A DNA stretch of 64,000 nucleotides from an uncultured Rhodohalobacter sp. (GCA_964625635.1 CAZVEP010000002.1:79-64078), one strand, 5' to 3'. Counted from the first letter of the stretch, positions 31,437-41,137 are shown. A program made the numbers and translations. Notes: a model not told the origin generated them from the letters alone.

Positions 31437-33194
31437 ATGATCTCCATGAATCGATTTTTACTACTCACGCTGACCCTATCTTTCTGGTCTGTTTCCTCTT
31501 ATGCTCAATCTTTTGAAGATGGTCTCGAATTGTATGAACAACAACAGTATGAGGAAGCACTTGAAATTTTCACATCGTTAAACGATCAACGCTCCCTTCT
31601 GTTTGCCGGTAAAAGTCATTTCGATCAACAAAATTATCTGATAGCAAACCAATATCTACAACAGGCTATTGAACTGTCTGATGAAGTAGCCTTTCGTCAG
31701 GAAGCTGAATTTACGCTTGGTCTTTCTTACTTCAGTATGAAAAATTATACGAAAAGTATAGACCTTCTCCACGAGTTGATAACGTCTGATGAACGTGGGC
31801 GTGCAAAAATTGATGCTCAGCAATTTTACAGACAATTATTGCAGTTTCTTACGCTAGATCAACGTTTTGAGGTTATTCAATTAACCGATTACACGGAAGT
31901 GGCGCAGGATGTTGTCAGCTCAGCCAGCCGATATGTGAATAATCTGGATTACGAAGCTCTTGTATCCGTTTTTCTGGAACGAGTGACAGATAAAAATCAA
32001 CGAATGGCTCTTATTACGGAACTTAACAGTTCTAACAGATCAGTCAACCTTAATTCGGAACCACAGTCATTGGCAGTACCTGATGGTATGGTTTACAATA
32101 TTGGCGTCATACTGCCAGCTGATGAAGACCCAGAGTCAAACATGATCGTACCGCGCAATCTGTTTTATGGCATCACCCTGGCTGCTGAAGACTTCAACAG
32201 CAGGTTCAGCGATAAAAAAATAGCATTGAATTTCAGAAACTCTTATCGGGACCCGGATTCTACTGCTAAATCTTTTCATGAAGCTGTTTGGAAGGACTTC
32301 TCTGATGCTGTGATTGGGCCTTTATTCTCTGAAACGGCTGCTCGAATGGCAGGGTTAGCCGAACAGTATAGTGTACCAATGATTGCTCCACTAGCCAATT
32401 CGGATGAAATTAACCTGGATTATAACTATACGTTTCAAATGAATCCTACATTTGAAGTTCACGGACGGGAAATGGCACAGTATGCAGTTCAGGAGCTCAA
32501 CCTTGATACGCTAGCAGTTATCACACCAACTGATGCTTTGGGGACCGCCTCAGCCCGCAGTTTCAGACAAGAAGCTGAACGACTGGGAGCATTTGTATCG
32601 TACTACATTGAGGAAGATTTTTCATCACTGGGATACGATCTTACAGATTTTACGAAAGTGTTTTCCACCAACTCTGTTGAGATTGATTCCCTGAATTATA
32701 TACCCACGGAAGGAATCTATGCGCCATTCACAGGTCAGGCTGCAAACACGCTTATGAATCTTTTAATGACTGATTTAGAAGTTCTTGGAAGTGATATGAT
32801 TATCATGGGTTCTGAAGAGTGGGAAAATGCGAATTTATCAGGATGGCAGGAAAGAAATTTCGAGATTTATTACTCTCAGGCGTTTGGAGGCACAGCTGAT
32901 ACGTCAGCCGTTCAGTTATTTGAAGAAGACTACCAAACCCGTTTTGGAATCGAACCCGATCAGTTTTCAAAATTGGGATATGACATAGGGAATTACTTAT
33001 TTACCAGTATGTCGCAAGCTGGAAACCCTGCACATCTGACCCACTCTTTACGATCAGGTGCTCCTTACAACGGTACAGCGATCAGAATTAATATGAATGG
33101 AGAGCGAATTAATCAGCACGTCAATATCAGACCTTTGACACCGCAGGCTGCTGAGCAAATGAACGTTGAAAGTGCAGCTAATGGAAGTGAGTAA
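31437..33194 (+). CDS. Secreted TPR plus type-1 periplasmic-binding-protein (LivK/LpoA-like) fusion protein
   Basis: 585 aa. Signal peptide LLTLTLSFWSVSSYAQ, N-terminal TPR-like repeats, and a C-terminal PBP1-like region (IGVILPADED.., VIGPLFSETAARMAGLAEQYSVPMIAP). Confidence 0.55.
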   Translation: MISMNRFLLLTLTLSFWSVSSYAQSFEDGLELYEQQQYEEALEIFTSLNDQRSLLFAGKSHFDQQNYLIANQYLQQAIELSDEVAFRQEAEFTLGLSYFSMKNYTKSIDLLHELITSDERGRAKIDAQQFYRQLLQFLTLDQRFEVIQLTDYTEVAQDVVSSASRYVNNLDYEALVSVFLERVTDKNQRMALITELNSSNRSVNLNSEPQSLAVPDGMVYNIGVILPADEDPESNMIVPRNLFYGITLAAEDFNSRFSDKKIALNFRNSYRDPDSTAKSFHEAVWKDFSDAVIGPLFSETAARMAGLAEQYSVPMIAPLANSDEINLDYNYTFQMNPTFEVHGREMAQYAVQELNLDTLAVITPTDALGTASARSFRQEAERLGAFVSYYIEEDFSSLGYDLTDFTKVFSTNSVEIDSLNYIPTEGIYAPFTGQAANTLMNLLMTDLEVLGSDMIIMGSEEWENANLSGWQERNFEIYYSQAFGGTADTSAVQLFEEDYQTRFGIEPDQFSKLGYDIGNYLFTSMSQAGNPAHLTHSLRSGAPYNGTAIRINMNGERINQHVNIRPLTPQAAEQMNVESAANGSE

Positions 33195-33248
33195 AACCTG
33201 AAAGTATTTCTTTATCCTTATCCTGACTGCATCGATCATTAAGCCGTA

Positions 33249-34310
33249 TTATCGATTAATTGCTTCTTCCCTTTCCAATTCACGCTTTATGCGATACTGT
33301 TCCTGTATCCAGCTGCGCCAGTTTTTACTCGATTCCTTATGTTCTTCAAATGTCTCGTTGAAGTCGTGACTGCCTTCAGGCGTAGCAACCATAAATAAAT
33401 ATTCATGCTCCTCTGGATTGAGAACAGCACGAATTGATCTCAAATCAGGGTTTGTGATTGGCCCCGGCGGCAAACCGCTATTCATGTAGGTGTTATAAGG
33501 ATGCTCAAAGCTATAGTCATCGTACAATAGCCTGCGCCGTTCTCCAAGTGCATAAATCACGGTCGGATCCGCTTGTAATCGCATATTTCGATCGAGCCGG
33601 TTTTGATAAAGACCGCTGATTCGGGCTTTTTCATTTGCATCTTTTGCCTCCCACTCTACAATTGATGCCAGCGTTATAATTTCATTGAGAGTGAATGGGC
33701 TTTGTTCAATATCTTCAGACAGACGGTCAATCACTTGTTCTTCAAACTCTCTGTAAATACGTCTGATTACAGCTTCCGGAGAACTTGTCCAATACATTTC
33801 ATATGTATTAGGCAACATTCTTGAAAATAACCTTTCTCCATTTAATCCGAGTTCAAGTGCAAGATCTGAACTATCTGAGAATTGCTCTGCAAACGAAAGT
33901 GAATCAGCCTTCAATTGTCCGGCAAGCCGGTCACTGAGCATAGAGATATCAATACCACTATGTACCACAACATTTCCTGGATCCTGAATACCGCGTCCCA
34001 TTTTAGATAGTAGTTCGGTAAACGAAATGTTTGAATGTATTTCGTACCTGCCCGGCCTGAAAGATCGCCAGCCCATAAGCCTGCCTGCCCACTTCAGGTT
34101 TTCATAATCTACGGTAACTTCAAGAGAGTCGAGAGTAGTGTAGAGTTCCTCTAGTCCAATGGGGTTATGCAATAGTACTTCAACAGTGCTATTGGAGCTG
34201 ATAGAATCATCGCTGTAAAGTCGGGAATATCGAATCCCGAATACCACCATGAAACCGATAAGAAAAATCAAAAGAGCTGCCAGAGACTCCCTGAAATTTG
34301 GATAATTCAT
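33249..34310 (-). CDS. mltG: Endolytic murein transglycosylase MltG (YceG family)
   Basis: 353 aa. N-terminal TM anchor plus YceG motifs LASIVEWEA, LQADPTVIYA and YNTYMNSGLPPGPITNP. Confidence 0.9.
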   Translation of the reverse strand: MNYPNFRESLAALLIFLIGFMVVFGIRYSRLYSDDSISSNSTVEVLLHNPIGLEELYTTLDSLEVTVDYENLKWAGRLMGWRSFRPGRYEIHSNISFTELLSKMGRGIQDPGNVVVHSGIDISMLSDRLAGQLKADSLSFAEQFSDSSDLALELGLNGERLFSRMLPNTYEMYWTSSPEAVIRRIYREFEEQVIDRLSEDIEQSPFTLNEIITLASIVEWEAKDANEKARISGLYQNRLDRNMRLQADPTVIYALGERRRLLYDDYSFEHPYNTYMNSGLPPGPITNPDLRSIRAVLNPEEHEYLFMVATPEGSHDFNETFEEHKESSKNWRSWIQEQYRIKRELEREEAINR

Positions 34311-34342
34311 TATTTAATACAAATAGCCTGAAAACAAATTGC

Positions 34343-34361
34343 AGTACCTTGAAAGGGTACT
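34343..34361 (-). terminator. Weak hairpin downstream of the HD-domain gene (possible terminator)
   Basis: AGTACC (34343-34348) pairs with GGTACT (34356-34361) around a 7-nt loop. T-rich flanks lie on both strands (minus: GCAATTTGTTTTC). Confidence 0.3.
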
Positions 34362-34420
34362 TTTTACAATTAACAGTTCCGGTTAGATTAAAATTCTTTC
34401 TATGACTAAAATGTGGTGTA

Positions 34421-34969
34421 TCAAAAATCGTCTTTAAAAAACGTAATAAGATTTTGAATATGATCCCGCAATTCTAAATCGATTAATTTGGCACCTTTTT
34501 TTATGTCATCCCTTGGGACATTTTCGGCAAATTTTTTGTCTTTCAGTTTTTTTGTGACCGACTTAACCTTCATATCAGAAAAACCATTTGGACGCATCAG
34601 CGATACAGCGTTCATAAAACCGCTGATTTCATCACACGCAAACAGATATCTTTCAATTTCTGACGTTGGTTCTCTTCCGGTTCTGTCAGGTGCATGAGCT
34701 TCAACTGCTCCAATTATCTCCCCATCATATCCATTGTCCGGCAGAATTTTATTTACTGCCTCTGCGGGGTGCTCATCGGGATATTTTTCCCAGTCAAGAT
34801 CATGCAGCAGACCAGTCGTCCACCATTTATCGACTGTTTCCTCTGACTTCTCAAGCTTCCTGGCATATCCCTCCATAGCTCTTGCTACCATCTCACAATG
34901 ATTTCTGAGGCTTTCAGATGAGATGTATGATCGCATTAATTCTTTCGACGTGTCTCTGTCAGGGTTCAT
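34421..34969 (-). CDS. HD-domain (HDIG-like) phosphohydrolase
   Basis: 182 aa. H..HD metal-binding pattern (NHCEMVA .. GLLHDLDW). Confidence 0.7.
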   Translation of the reverse strand: MNPDRDTSKELMRSYISSESLRNHCEMVARAMEGYARKLEKSEETVDKWWTTGLLHDLDWEKYPDEHPAEAVNKILPDNGYDGEIIGAVEAHAPDRTGREPTSEIERYLFACDEISGFMNAVSLMRPNGFSDMKVKSVTKKLKDKKFAENVPRDDIKKGAKLIDLELRDHIQNLITFFKDDF

Positions 34970-34972
34970 AAA

Positions 34973-35323
34973 TTATCTTATCTGATTAATGGCGTCAATT
35001 GCAATTTCCCGGTTATATTCGAAGCTAAGGCTTTTATAATTGATCAAATCAACAATGGTACCAATCAGACATAATCCTCCCGTCAGAAAATAGAGGATTC
35101 CGATTCCAATCTGACCAATGAAAAACCGATGAACACCTGCAATCCCCACCAGTCCGAGAAGAATCATAATCATGAATACAACCGGATCTTTTCTACGGGC
35201 TTTATAAATGGATTTGAACAGCTCAAGCTCATCATCTGACAATCCGTCAATTGTGTTCGATATATACTGAAGTTCATCGCCTTCGAGTTCCGGGAAATGT
35301 TTAAGAGCTTTCTTCATGATCAT
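34973..35323 (-). CDS. TM2 domain-containing membrane protein
   Basis: 116 aa. TM2 signature GVHRFFIGQIGIGILYFLTGG. Lies 3 nt upstream of the HD gene. Confidence 0.7.
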   Translation of the reverse strand: MIMKKALKHFPELEGDELQYISNTIDGLSDDELELFKSIYKARRKDPVVFMIMILLGLVGIAGVHRFFIGQIGIGILYFLTGGLCLIGTIVDLINYKSLSFEYNREIAIDAINQIR

Positions 35324-35622
35324 AATTTGATTGATTGGTTACGTTTAAATATTGAGTATATTCGATGTAGAATAATTGTCGCTCCCGGAATCCCAAGTGG
35401 GTGCATCTGAAAAGACTCCGACCACTCTCCTCTCACAAGCAGAGCAACTGATCGTCCAAATCCTTCTCCGGGGCAGAATGTAATTCCTAAATTTTCAAAA
35501 AGGCAAAGTGTATGAGTATGCTCGTATGGATTGATTAACGTCATAGACAGCAAGGCACCAGCAAGCAGAATCCATTCGCCGTGTAAAAAAAAGTATCTAT
35601 GGAATGATTCAGCTGATCTCAT
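35320..35622 (-). CDS. DUF2752-like small membrane protein
   Basis: 100 aa. Cys-containing segment CLFENLGITFCPGEGFGRS between hydrophobic helices. 4-nt overlap with the TM2 gene. Confidence 0.55.
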   Translation of the reverse strand: MRSAESFHRYFFLHGEWILLAGALLSMTLINPYEHTHTLCLFENLGITFCPGEGFGRSVALLVRGEWSESFQMHPLGIPGATIILHRIYSIFKRNQSIKL

Positions 35623-35705
35623 ATTTTAAGAATGTCACCGGTCATTTGTATGTTAGCTTTCTTTCTACCGCCATTTCATTTAAATACAAACAGAACTTGT
35701 CCTTA

Positions 35706-37748
35706 ATGTACAATACTCTACGAAAGTTTTTAAAAATTGTTTTCATATCATCATCACTAATTATGTGTTTGATGGTGTCAACTTCTGATGCACAAACAAT
35801 TCCCGACTCGCTAAAAGCAGAACTCGAAACTGTGTTTATTGAGGCAGCTTATTCACCTATTTCTATAGGAACAGCACCAATGGCGTTGAGCTACCGATTA
35901 CGGGATTCGGCAGAAATTGCAGCCCGCCCCGCAATGACAATGGACGATCTTACATTCACAATTCCCGGAATCACAATCAGTAATCGAGAGAATTACGCTT
36001 TGGGAGAGAGAATGTCGATTCGCGGGCTTGGCTGGAGATCACCTTTTGGTGTCAGAGGCGTTCAAGTGCTGCTCGATGACCTGCCACTTACCGTGGCTGA
36101 TGGGCAGACAATTATGAGCATGATTGACCCTGCTACTGTGCGAAGAATTGAAGTTTTAAGAGGACCGTCAGCAACTTTTTGGGGGAATTCCAGTGGTGGC
36201 GTCTTGTATCTGTCAACAACTCCAAGGGTTGATGCCCCGCTTTTGCAATATAGAGGATATGGCGGAAGCTTCGGAACGCTAAAACAAGAGCTGCAATGGA
36301 ACTACTCAAGCAGTTCGTCAAGAATTTACGGTTACACAACGTATTTTGAAACCGAAGGCTACAGAAATTACAGTGCAGCTGAACTTTTCAGAAGCAGTTT
36401 GGGTGTAGAGCAAAGCTTATCAGAGAATAGCCGCATCACTCTGAACGTAAACTACACGTCCATGCCAAAAGCTCAACATCCCGGTGCATTGACTGAATCT
36501 CAACTTGAGAATGCTCCTAAAACAGCACGAAGTAATTTTCAAAATACCAGTGCAGGAAAGCGTTTTGATCAGGCCATGTTAGGACTCTCATATCTGCATA
36601 CTTTTAATGCCGGCGTGATGGAGTTAAGTACGCATGGTACTTACAGAGATCTCGAGAACCCCTTGCCATTTGGTTTTATAGGGCTCGAACGGTATGCAGG
36701 AGGAGCAAGAGGCACCTTTTCATTCCAATCACTTCCTTTTGAGCTTGATGCAGGTGCTGAAATTAAAATTCAGAATGATGATCGCCTCGAAACCAATAAC
36801 ATAAATGGCGAACGGGGTGATCAGGTGAGTGTTCAGCAAACGGAAACCGTGTTTAATAATGCACTCTTTTTACGTTCTGCAGTCCCGCTCACAGATGATT
36901 TCACGTTAAGTGGTGGCATTCGGGCTGACTGGATCACCTTCAGGGCAGAAGATGAACTTGGAAACGACATCGATGGTGAGCGTGATTTTTTCTCTGTAAA
37001 TCCTAGTTTAGGACTAAATTACAGCTTTAACAACTCTCAGATTTTTGCAAATTTCAGCACGTCGTTTGAATCACCTACGACAACAGAGCTGGTAAATCGT
37101 CCGGGCGGCGGAAATGGATTTAATCAGGATGTAGATCCGGAACGAGCCATAAGTTTTGAAACGGGCGTTCGTGGTTCCTTATCTGAAATTAACGCCAGAT
37201 ATGATGTCACGGTCTATAGAATGAAGGTTCAGAATTTACTCGTTAGTTTTCAGACAGAGCAGGATGGGCCAACATTTTTCAGAAATGAGGGTGAGACCGA
37301 CCATTATGGAATTGAATCTTCTTTTAGTTTTTCGACCCACCCAATCTACTCTATTGAACTTATGGCCAATGTGATGAGAGCTGTTTTCAATGGAGGAGAG
37401 CTCGACGGTAACGATTTGCCCGGTGTGCCATCATTTCAAAGTGGCGCTATTTTTACCTTCAGCCCCGGATCTCAGCAATTCACTATCGACGCTCGATATA
37501 CCGACCGATATCCAGCTGATAGTGAAAATACAGCCCTCACCGATAGTTATGTTGTAACAAGTTTACGGTGGACAACTGATAAAATTGAACTTGGTGGCAA
37601 CACATCATTACGCCCATTTCTGAATGTGGGTAACATTTTCGACGAAACATATGCCACAAGTCTGAACATTAACGCATTTGGCGGTTATTATTTCGAACCC
37701 GGTGCATCGAGATCACTTCAAGCAGGTTTGCAAGTTAATTTCAACTAG
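35706..37748 (+). CDS. TonB-dependent outer-membrane receptor
   Basis: Plug-domain motifs IEVLRGPSATFWGNSSGGVLY and GVQVLLDDLPL, with a long beta-barrel. Met35 (ATG at 35706) gives the signal peptide MYNTLRKFLKIVFISSSLIMCLMVSTSDAQ. The track start at 35604 is probably an artefactual extension. Confidence 0.85.
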   Translation: MYNTLRKFLKIVFISSSLIMCLMVSTSDAQTIPDSLKAELETVFIEAAYSPISIGTAPMALSYRLRDSAEIAARPAMTMDDLTFTIPGITISNRENYALGERMSIRGLGWRSPFGVRGVQVLLDDLPLTVADGQTIMSMIDPATVRRIEVLRGPSATFWGNSSGGVLYLSTTPRVDAPLLQYRGYGGSFGTLKQELQWNYSSSSSRIYGYTTYFETEGYRNYSAAELFRSSLGVEQSLSENSRITLNVNYTSMPKAQHPGALTESQLENAPKTARSNFQNTSAGKRFDQAMLGLSYLHTFNAGVMELSTHGTYRDLENPLPFGFIGLERYAGGARGTFSFQSLPFELDAGAEIKIQNDDRLETNNINGERGDQVSVQQTETVFNNALFLRSAVPLTDDFTLSGGIRADWITFRAEDELGNDIDGERDFFSVNPSLGLNYSFNNSQIFANFSTSFESPTTTELVNRPGGGNGFNQDVDPERAISFETGVRGSLSEINARYDVTVYRMKVQNLLVSFQTEQDGPTFFRNEGETDHYGIESSFSFSTHPIYSIELMANVMRAVFNGGELDGNDLPGVPSFQSGAIFTFSPGSQQFTIDARYTDRYPADSENTALTDSYVVTSLRWTTDKIELGGNTSLRPFLNVGNIFDETYATSLNINAFGGYYFEPGASRSLQAGLQVNFN

Positions 37749-37828
37749 CTTTCTACGTAACTGGCAAGCAATTGAATATCCAAGAACTCATCAATTAAGC
37801 AAATTCTCAATTTGACCGATAATAGATT

Positions 37829-37858
37829 GGGAATCACTTTATTCAGTGATCCCTTTCT
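37829..37858 (+). terminator. Rho-independent terminator of the TonB-dependent receptor gene
   Basis: GGGAATCACT (37829-37838) pairs with AGTGATCCC (37845-37853), giving 9 bp with one bulged A and a 6-nt loop. It is followed by TTTCT. Confidence 0.6.
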
Positions 37859-38021
37859 AAGTCATTAGGATTGGTCTCAAAATTTGTAACAATCGGCCAC
37901 TTTTGTGCTCTTGTTACTACCTAGAAAAGTTGTTAGCGCCTTTTTCTAATATTTTTCTGAACAGTATCTACTACAAGGATTTTATGTAGTGGAAATCGAT
38001 CTGTGAGTAACCCATTAATTT

Positions 38022-38633
38022 ATGCTGAAGCACTTATACTTAATCATCATACTCATTATTTGCTATCTCCTTTGGGAGCAGCGACCTGTGCGTTATGGTC
38101 CGGGTGTTATCGCAGACTCCAAACCGGAAATTGAAAAGATTGTTTTTCCAAATACTATAGAAACCGAAAACTTTATTATAACTCCCAAATTTGAAATTAG
38201 TGGCACCGTTCGGGTTATTGCAAAGAATCGGTATTGGTTTGAACATATGAGCAGTATTTCACCTTTTGATCTTTTACTTTCATGGGATAGAATGTCAGAC
38301 GAGGATTTACTTACCAGGATGCTGGTCAACATTGAAGACCGGTCCTATGAGGTACAAATGGCTAAACCGCCCTATCAACAAGGGAATATTCATCAACATT
38401 TAATGATGACACATGTTATTCCAGCAACTGAACAGGTTCATGATAAAATATCCTCACTTCGCAGGGGACAACTCGTTTCGTTGTCAGGTTATATTGTAGA
38501 TATTGAAAACAGATATGGCAATATATGGATCTCTCCCGTTCGAGATGAGCTGCCTGCATACCGTTCCTCACATTGGTTTTGGATTGAAAAGATCACACCT
38601 GAAGAAGCTGAAACTGATACCCAATCTGAGTAA
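38022..38633 (+). CDS. Hypothetical N-terminally anchored protein
   Basis: 203-aa ORF with one N-terminal TM/signal anchor (LYLIIILIICYLLW). No motif that I recognise. Confidence 0.4.
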   Translation: MLKHLYLIIILIICYLLWEQRPVRYGPGVIADSKPEIEKIVFPNTIETENFIITPKFEISGTVRVIAKNRYWFEHMSSISPFDLLLSWDRMSDEDLLTRMLVNIEDRSYEVQMAKPPYQQGNIHQHLMMTHVIPATEQVHDKISSLRRGQLVSLSGYIVDIENRYGNIWISPVRDELPAYRSSHWFWIEKITPEEAETDTQSE

Positions 38634-39001
38634 TCGATACTATAAGAACCTCTCTAAGCCGATTTCCAGTCTCAATTCATATTTCTCCAGATGCGCAGTA
38701 AGTGTTTGATTGCAGCAGGTAAAGTTTCGTAAAATTCCAGCCCATTTATCAGATCAAAATGTATATCCAGGATCATTTAAAAAACTTTTGCCGCATATTT
38801 TTCGACCTTTTAAGAGTTTAAGTTTACGATAAATGATCTTCTAAATTGCTAAATACCTATTACTACAGAAAATACCTATGGAAAAACTATAATCAATTTC
38901 ATAATGAATATTGCTTAAAAGGTTTTTACAAACTATTTTAGTCGCGATGGTTTTGATTTTATTAAGAATCAAGCTGTTGTAAACTATCACCGGGAACTAA
39001 G

Positions 39002-39238
39002 ATGGGATTTACCATGGAAGAAGTAAGAGAAGTTGGCACAGTTAAATGGTTTCATAATGGCAAAGGCTACGGGTTCATAACACGTGAAGACGGAGAGGAC
39101 GTTTTTGTTCATTATTCTGAAATTCAGTCTGATGGATTCAGAAAACTTGCCGAAGGACAAAAAGTAGAATTTACAATTGCCGAGGGAGAGAAAGGGCTTC
39201 AGGCACGTGAAGTCATTGAGCTTCAGGAAAACGCATAA
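39002..39238 (+). CDS. Cold-shock protein (CspA family)
   Basis: RNP1 KGYGFI and RNP2 VFVHY within [30 protein letters not shown]. The start is either ATG 39002 or ATG 39014. Confidence 0.92.
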   Translation: MGFTMEEVREVGTVKWFHNGKGYGFITREDGEDVFVHYSEIQSDGFRKLAEGQKVEFTIAEGEKGLQAREVIELQENA

Positions 39239-39305
39239 TTATCTATATAGATATAAGCTACAGGACAGGTAAACATATTTCCCCATATCCCCTTTATATC
39301 TAATT

Positions 39306-39629
39306 ATGGAGTGGATAAAACAAATCGTTGTTGATGTATTTGCGCTTGTCGTCATTGCTATAGCTGTATTTTACGAGTACACTGTATTGACGTATGTAGT
39401 CTATGTTTATACTGCCTTGATGGTAGTGGCACGTCTCTTTTCATTATTAAGCAACAATTTCAGGGCAATTACTGAAAAGAAAGTATCAGAAGCACCTCTC
39501 TGGGTATATCACATCATTTATTTAGCGTCGAGTGCTATTCTGATCTATGGTCAATGGTATGTTACAGCAGCAGGCTGGATATTTATATGGATTTCTGCCA
39601 TAATTGTGTATCAAAGAAAAACGCAATAA
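39306..39629 (+). CDS. Small hypothetical membrane protein (3-4 TM)
   Basis: 107-aa hydrophobic ORF with no recognisable motif. Confidence 0.4.
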   Translation: MEWIKQIVVDVFALVVIAIAVFYEYTVLTYVVYVYTALMVVARLFSLLSNNFRAITEKKVSEAPLWVYHIIYLASSAILIYGQWYVTAAGWIFIWISAIIVYQRKTQ

Positions 39630-39630
39630 A

Positions 39631-40257
39631 ATGCGTGCTCTTATAAGAAAAGCATTGATATTCATATGGGTATCAACCATCCTGCAGATATTTATAGTTA
39701 TATCATATCCTGCGTTTGCGTCTGATCCATTTGATACCACTAAAAAATCGGATTTAAGATTCGGAATATCCGCAATTTACTCGCCTAAAAGCTTCATAGC
39801 ATGGGGGAAAATTAAAAACAGCCGATCTTTTTCTCTCCGCGGTCAGATATGGCACTCAAGGCTAGCGTATGGTACTTTCCAGGCACGCCTGGGATCTGAA
39901 ATCATCTTAACACATCATCTCCACTATCCAATCAATGGTGATAATGGCCCCGAAGATTACCGATTTGGAATCGGTGTAGTACCTGTCAACATTTTTATGC
40001 CTTTTTCTGAGTCCAGGCCTGTCAATCCTTTTACATTTGTCTCTGCGGGCGGAATATTATTGAATGATAAATTTCCAAAGGGAAACGGAGCTTCGATTAA
40101 TTATTTGATTAATTTAGGCGCCGGAATTGAAATGAAGATGTTTCATAACACTGACATTCAATTTGGTTACATACTGCAGCATATGTCGAACGCCAATACC
40201 GGACTGGAGAATCCGGGTATTGATTCACATATGTTCTTCTTTTCAATTATGATATAG
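39631..40257 (+). CDS. Acyloxyacyl hydrolase / PagL-like lipid A deacylase outer-membrane protein
   Basis: Signal peptide from Met10 (MRALIRKALIFIWVSTILQ). C-terminal H-x-S-N context GYILQHMSNANTGLENPGIDSHMFFF is typical of the PagL family. Confidence 0.6.
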   Translation: MRALIRKALIFIWVSTILQIFIVISYPAFASDPFDTTKKSDLRFGISAIYSPKSFIAWGKIKNSRSFSLRGQIWHSRLAYGTFQARLGSEIILTHHLHYPINGDNGPEDYRFGIGVVPVNIFMPFSESRPVNPFTFVSAGGILLNDKFPKGNGASINYLINLGAGIEMKMFHNTDIQFGYILQHMSNANTGLENPGIDSHMFFFSIMI

Positions 40258-40323
40258 TCTGATAAATCGATAGCTACACTCCTCTCGCCATTGATGAAGT
40301 ATTCTGTAACCGATTCTGAATTG

Positions 40324-41133
40324 TTACAGTATACTGTATATCATTAGTGCAGCCACAATTAGTGAAAGTACTGAAAACAGTACCTGTCTTTTATCCTGAG
40401 GAAGTTTCTTCGCAGCTTTCACACCGATAAAACCCCCCATAAAAGCACCAACTATAAGTGGTAAGCCTGATCCAAAATCTACGAACCCCAAAGTATAGTT
40501 AGTTGCTCCTGAAGCAGCAGCGTTATCTAAAGCGAACTGCATCCAGCCTGATAAGGAAATAATTAAAATTGCCAGTGATGAAACGCTCACAGCCTTAGCA
40601 ATATTAATCTTATACCCCAGATTCAAGGCAGGCACAATTACCACACCTCCCCCAACTCCGGCCAATGATGCTACAACTCCTCCTCCAAAACCGCTTAAAA
40701 AAGATTTTTTCAAAAGTACCGGATCTTGGTTTGAGTGAATAGTTTTTTGTGCCTGTCCCCTTTTATAAAACATGTATGAAACAATGAGCAACAGAAAAGC
40801 AAAAATGCTCACGAACACTTCTTCAGTATAAAAGTCGGACGTTGAGATCAGCTTACCGAAATAGACACCTGCCGCTCCGAACAGGCCCACAAGCAAACCC
40901 TCCTTCAAATAACTGTTTCGTTGATTCATCTGCTGAATTGAACTGCTTAAGGAGGCCGAAAAAGTGCAAAATAATGATGTCCCAATTGTCCAAGCTACCG
41001 GCTGCTCCACTCCTGCCACCCCAAATACAAAGAATAAAACCGGAGTGAAAAGCACACCACCCCCAATGCCAAATATTCCCGCAATTATGCCGGTGAAAAC
41101 CCCAATTATCAATAGACTGATGAGCAGAATCAT
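40324..41133 (-). CDS. TauE/SafE-family anion exporter
   Basis: Multi-TM protein with repeated GIFGIGGG / LAGVGGG motifs. Met18 (ATG at 41133) avoids the overlap with phzF that the track start at 41184 creates. Confidence 0.8.
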   Translation of the reverse strand: MILLISLLIIGVFTGIIAGIFGIGGGVLFTPVLFFVFGVAGVEQPVAWTIGTSLFCTFSASLSSSIQQMNQRNSYLKEGLLVGLFGAAGVYFGKLISTSDFYTEEVFVSIFAFLLLIVSYMFYKRGQAQKTIHSNQDPVLLKKSFLSGFGGGVVASLAGVGGGVVIVPALNLGYKINIAKAVSVSSLAILIISLSGWMQFALDNAAASGATNYTLGFVDFGSGLPLIVGAFMGGFIGVKAAKKLPQDKRQVLFSVLSLIVAALMIYSIL

Positions 41134-41137
41134 ATAA

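Noticed and set aside
35604-35705. N-terminal extension of the TonB-dependent receptor ORF, and a possible cobalamin riboswitch upstream of it or of the PduO-type adenosyltransferase at 6740
   Set aside because: The extension has no signal peptide, whereas Met35 gives a canonical one. Both spacers are too short (about 80-130 nt) and I see no B12-box-like GCCACTG core.
39240-39253. 14-bp palindrome TATCTATATAGATA directly after the csp stop
   Set aside because: The stem is almost entirely A/T with no G-C pairs and has no T-tract. It is too weak to call a terminator or operator.
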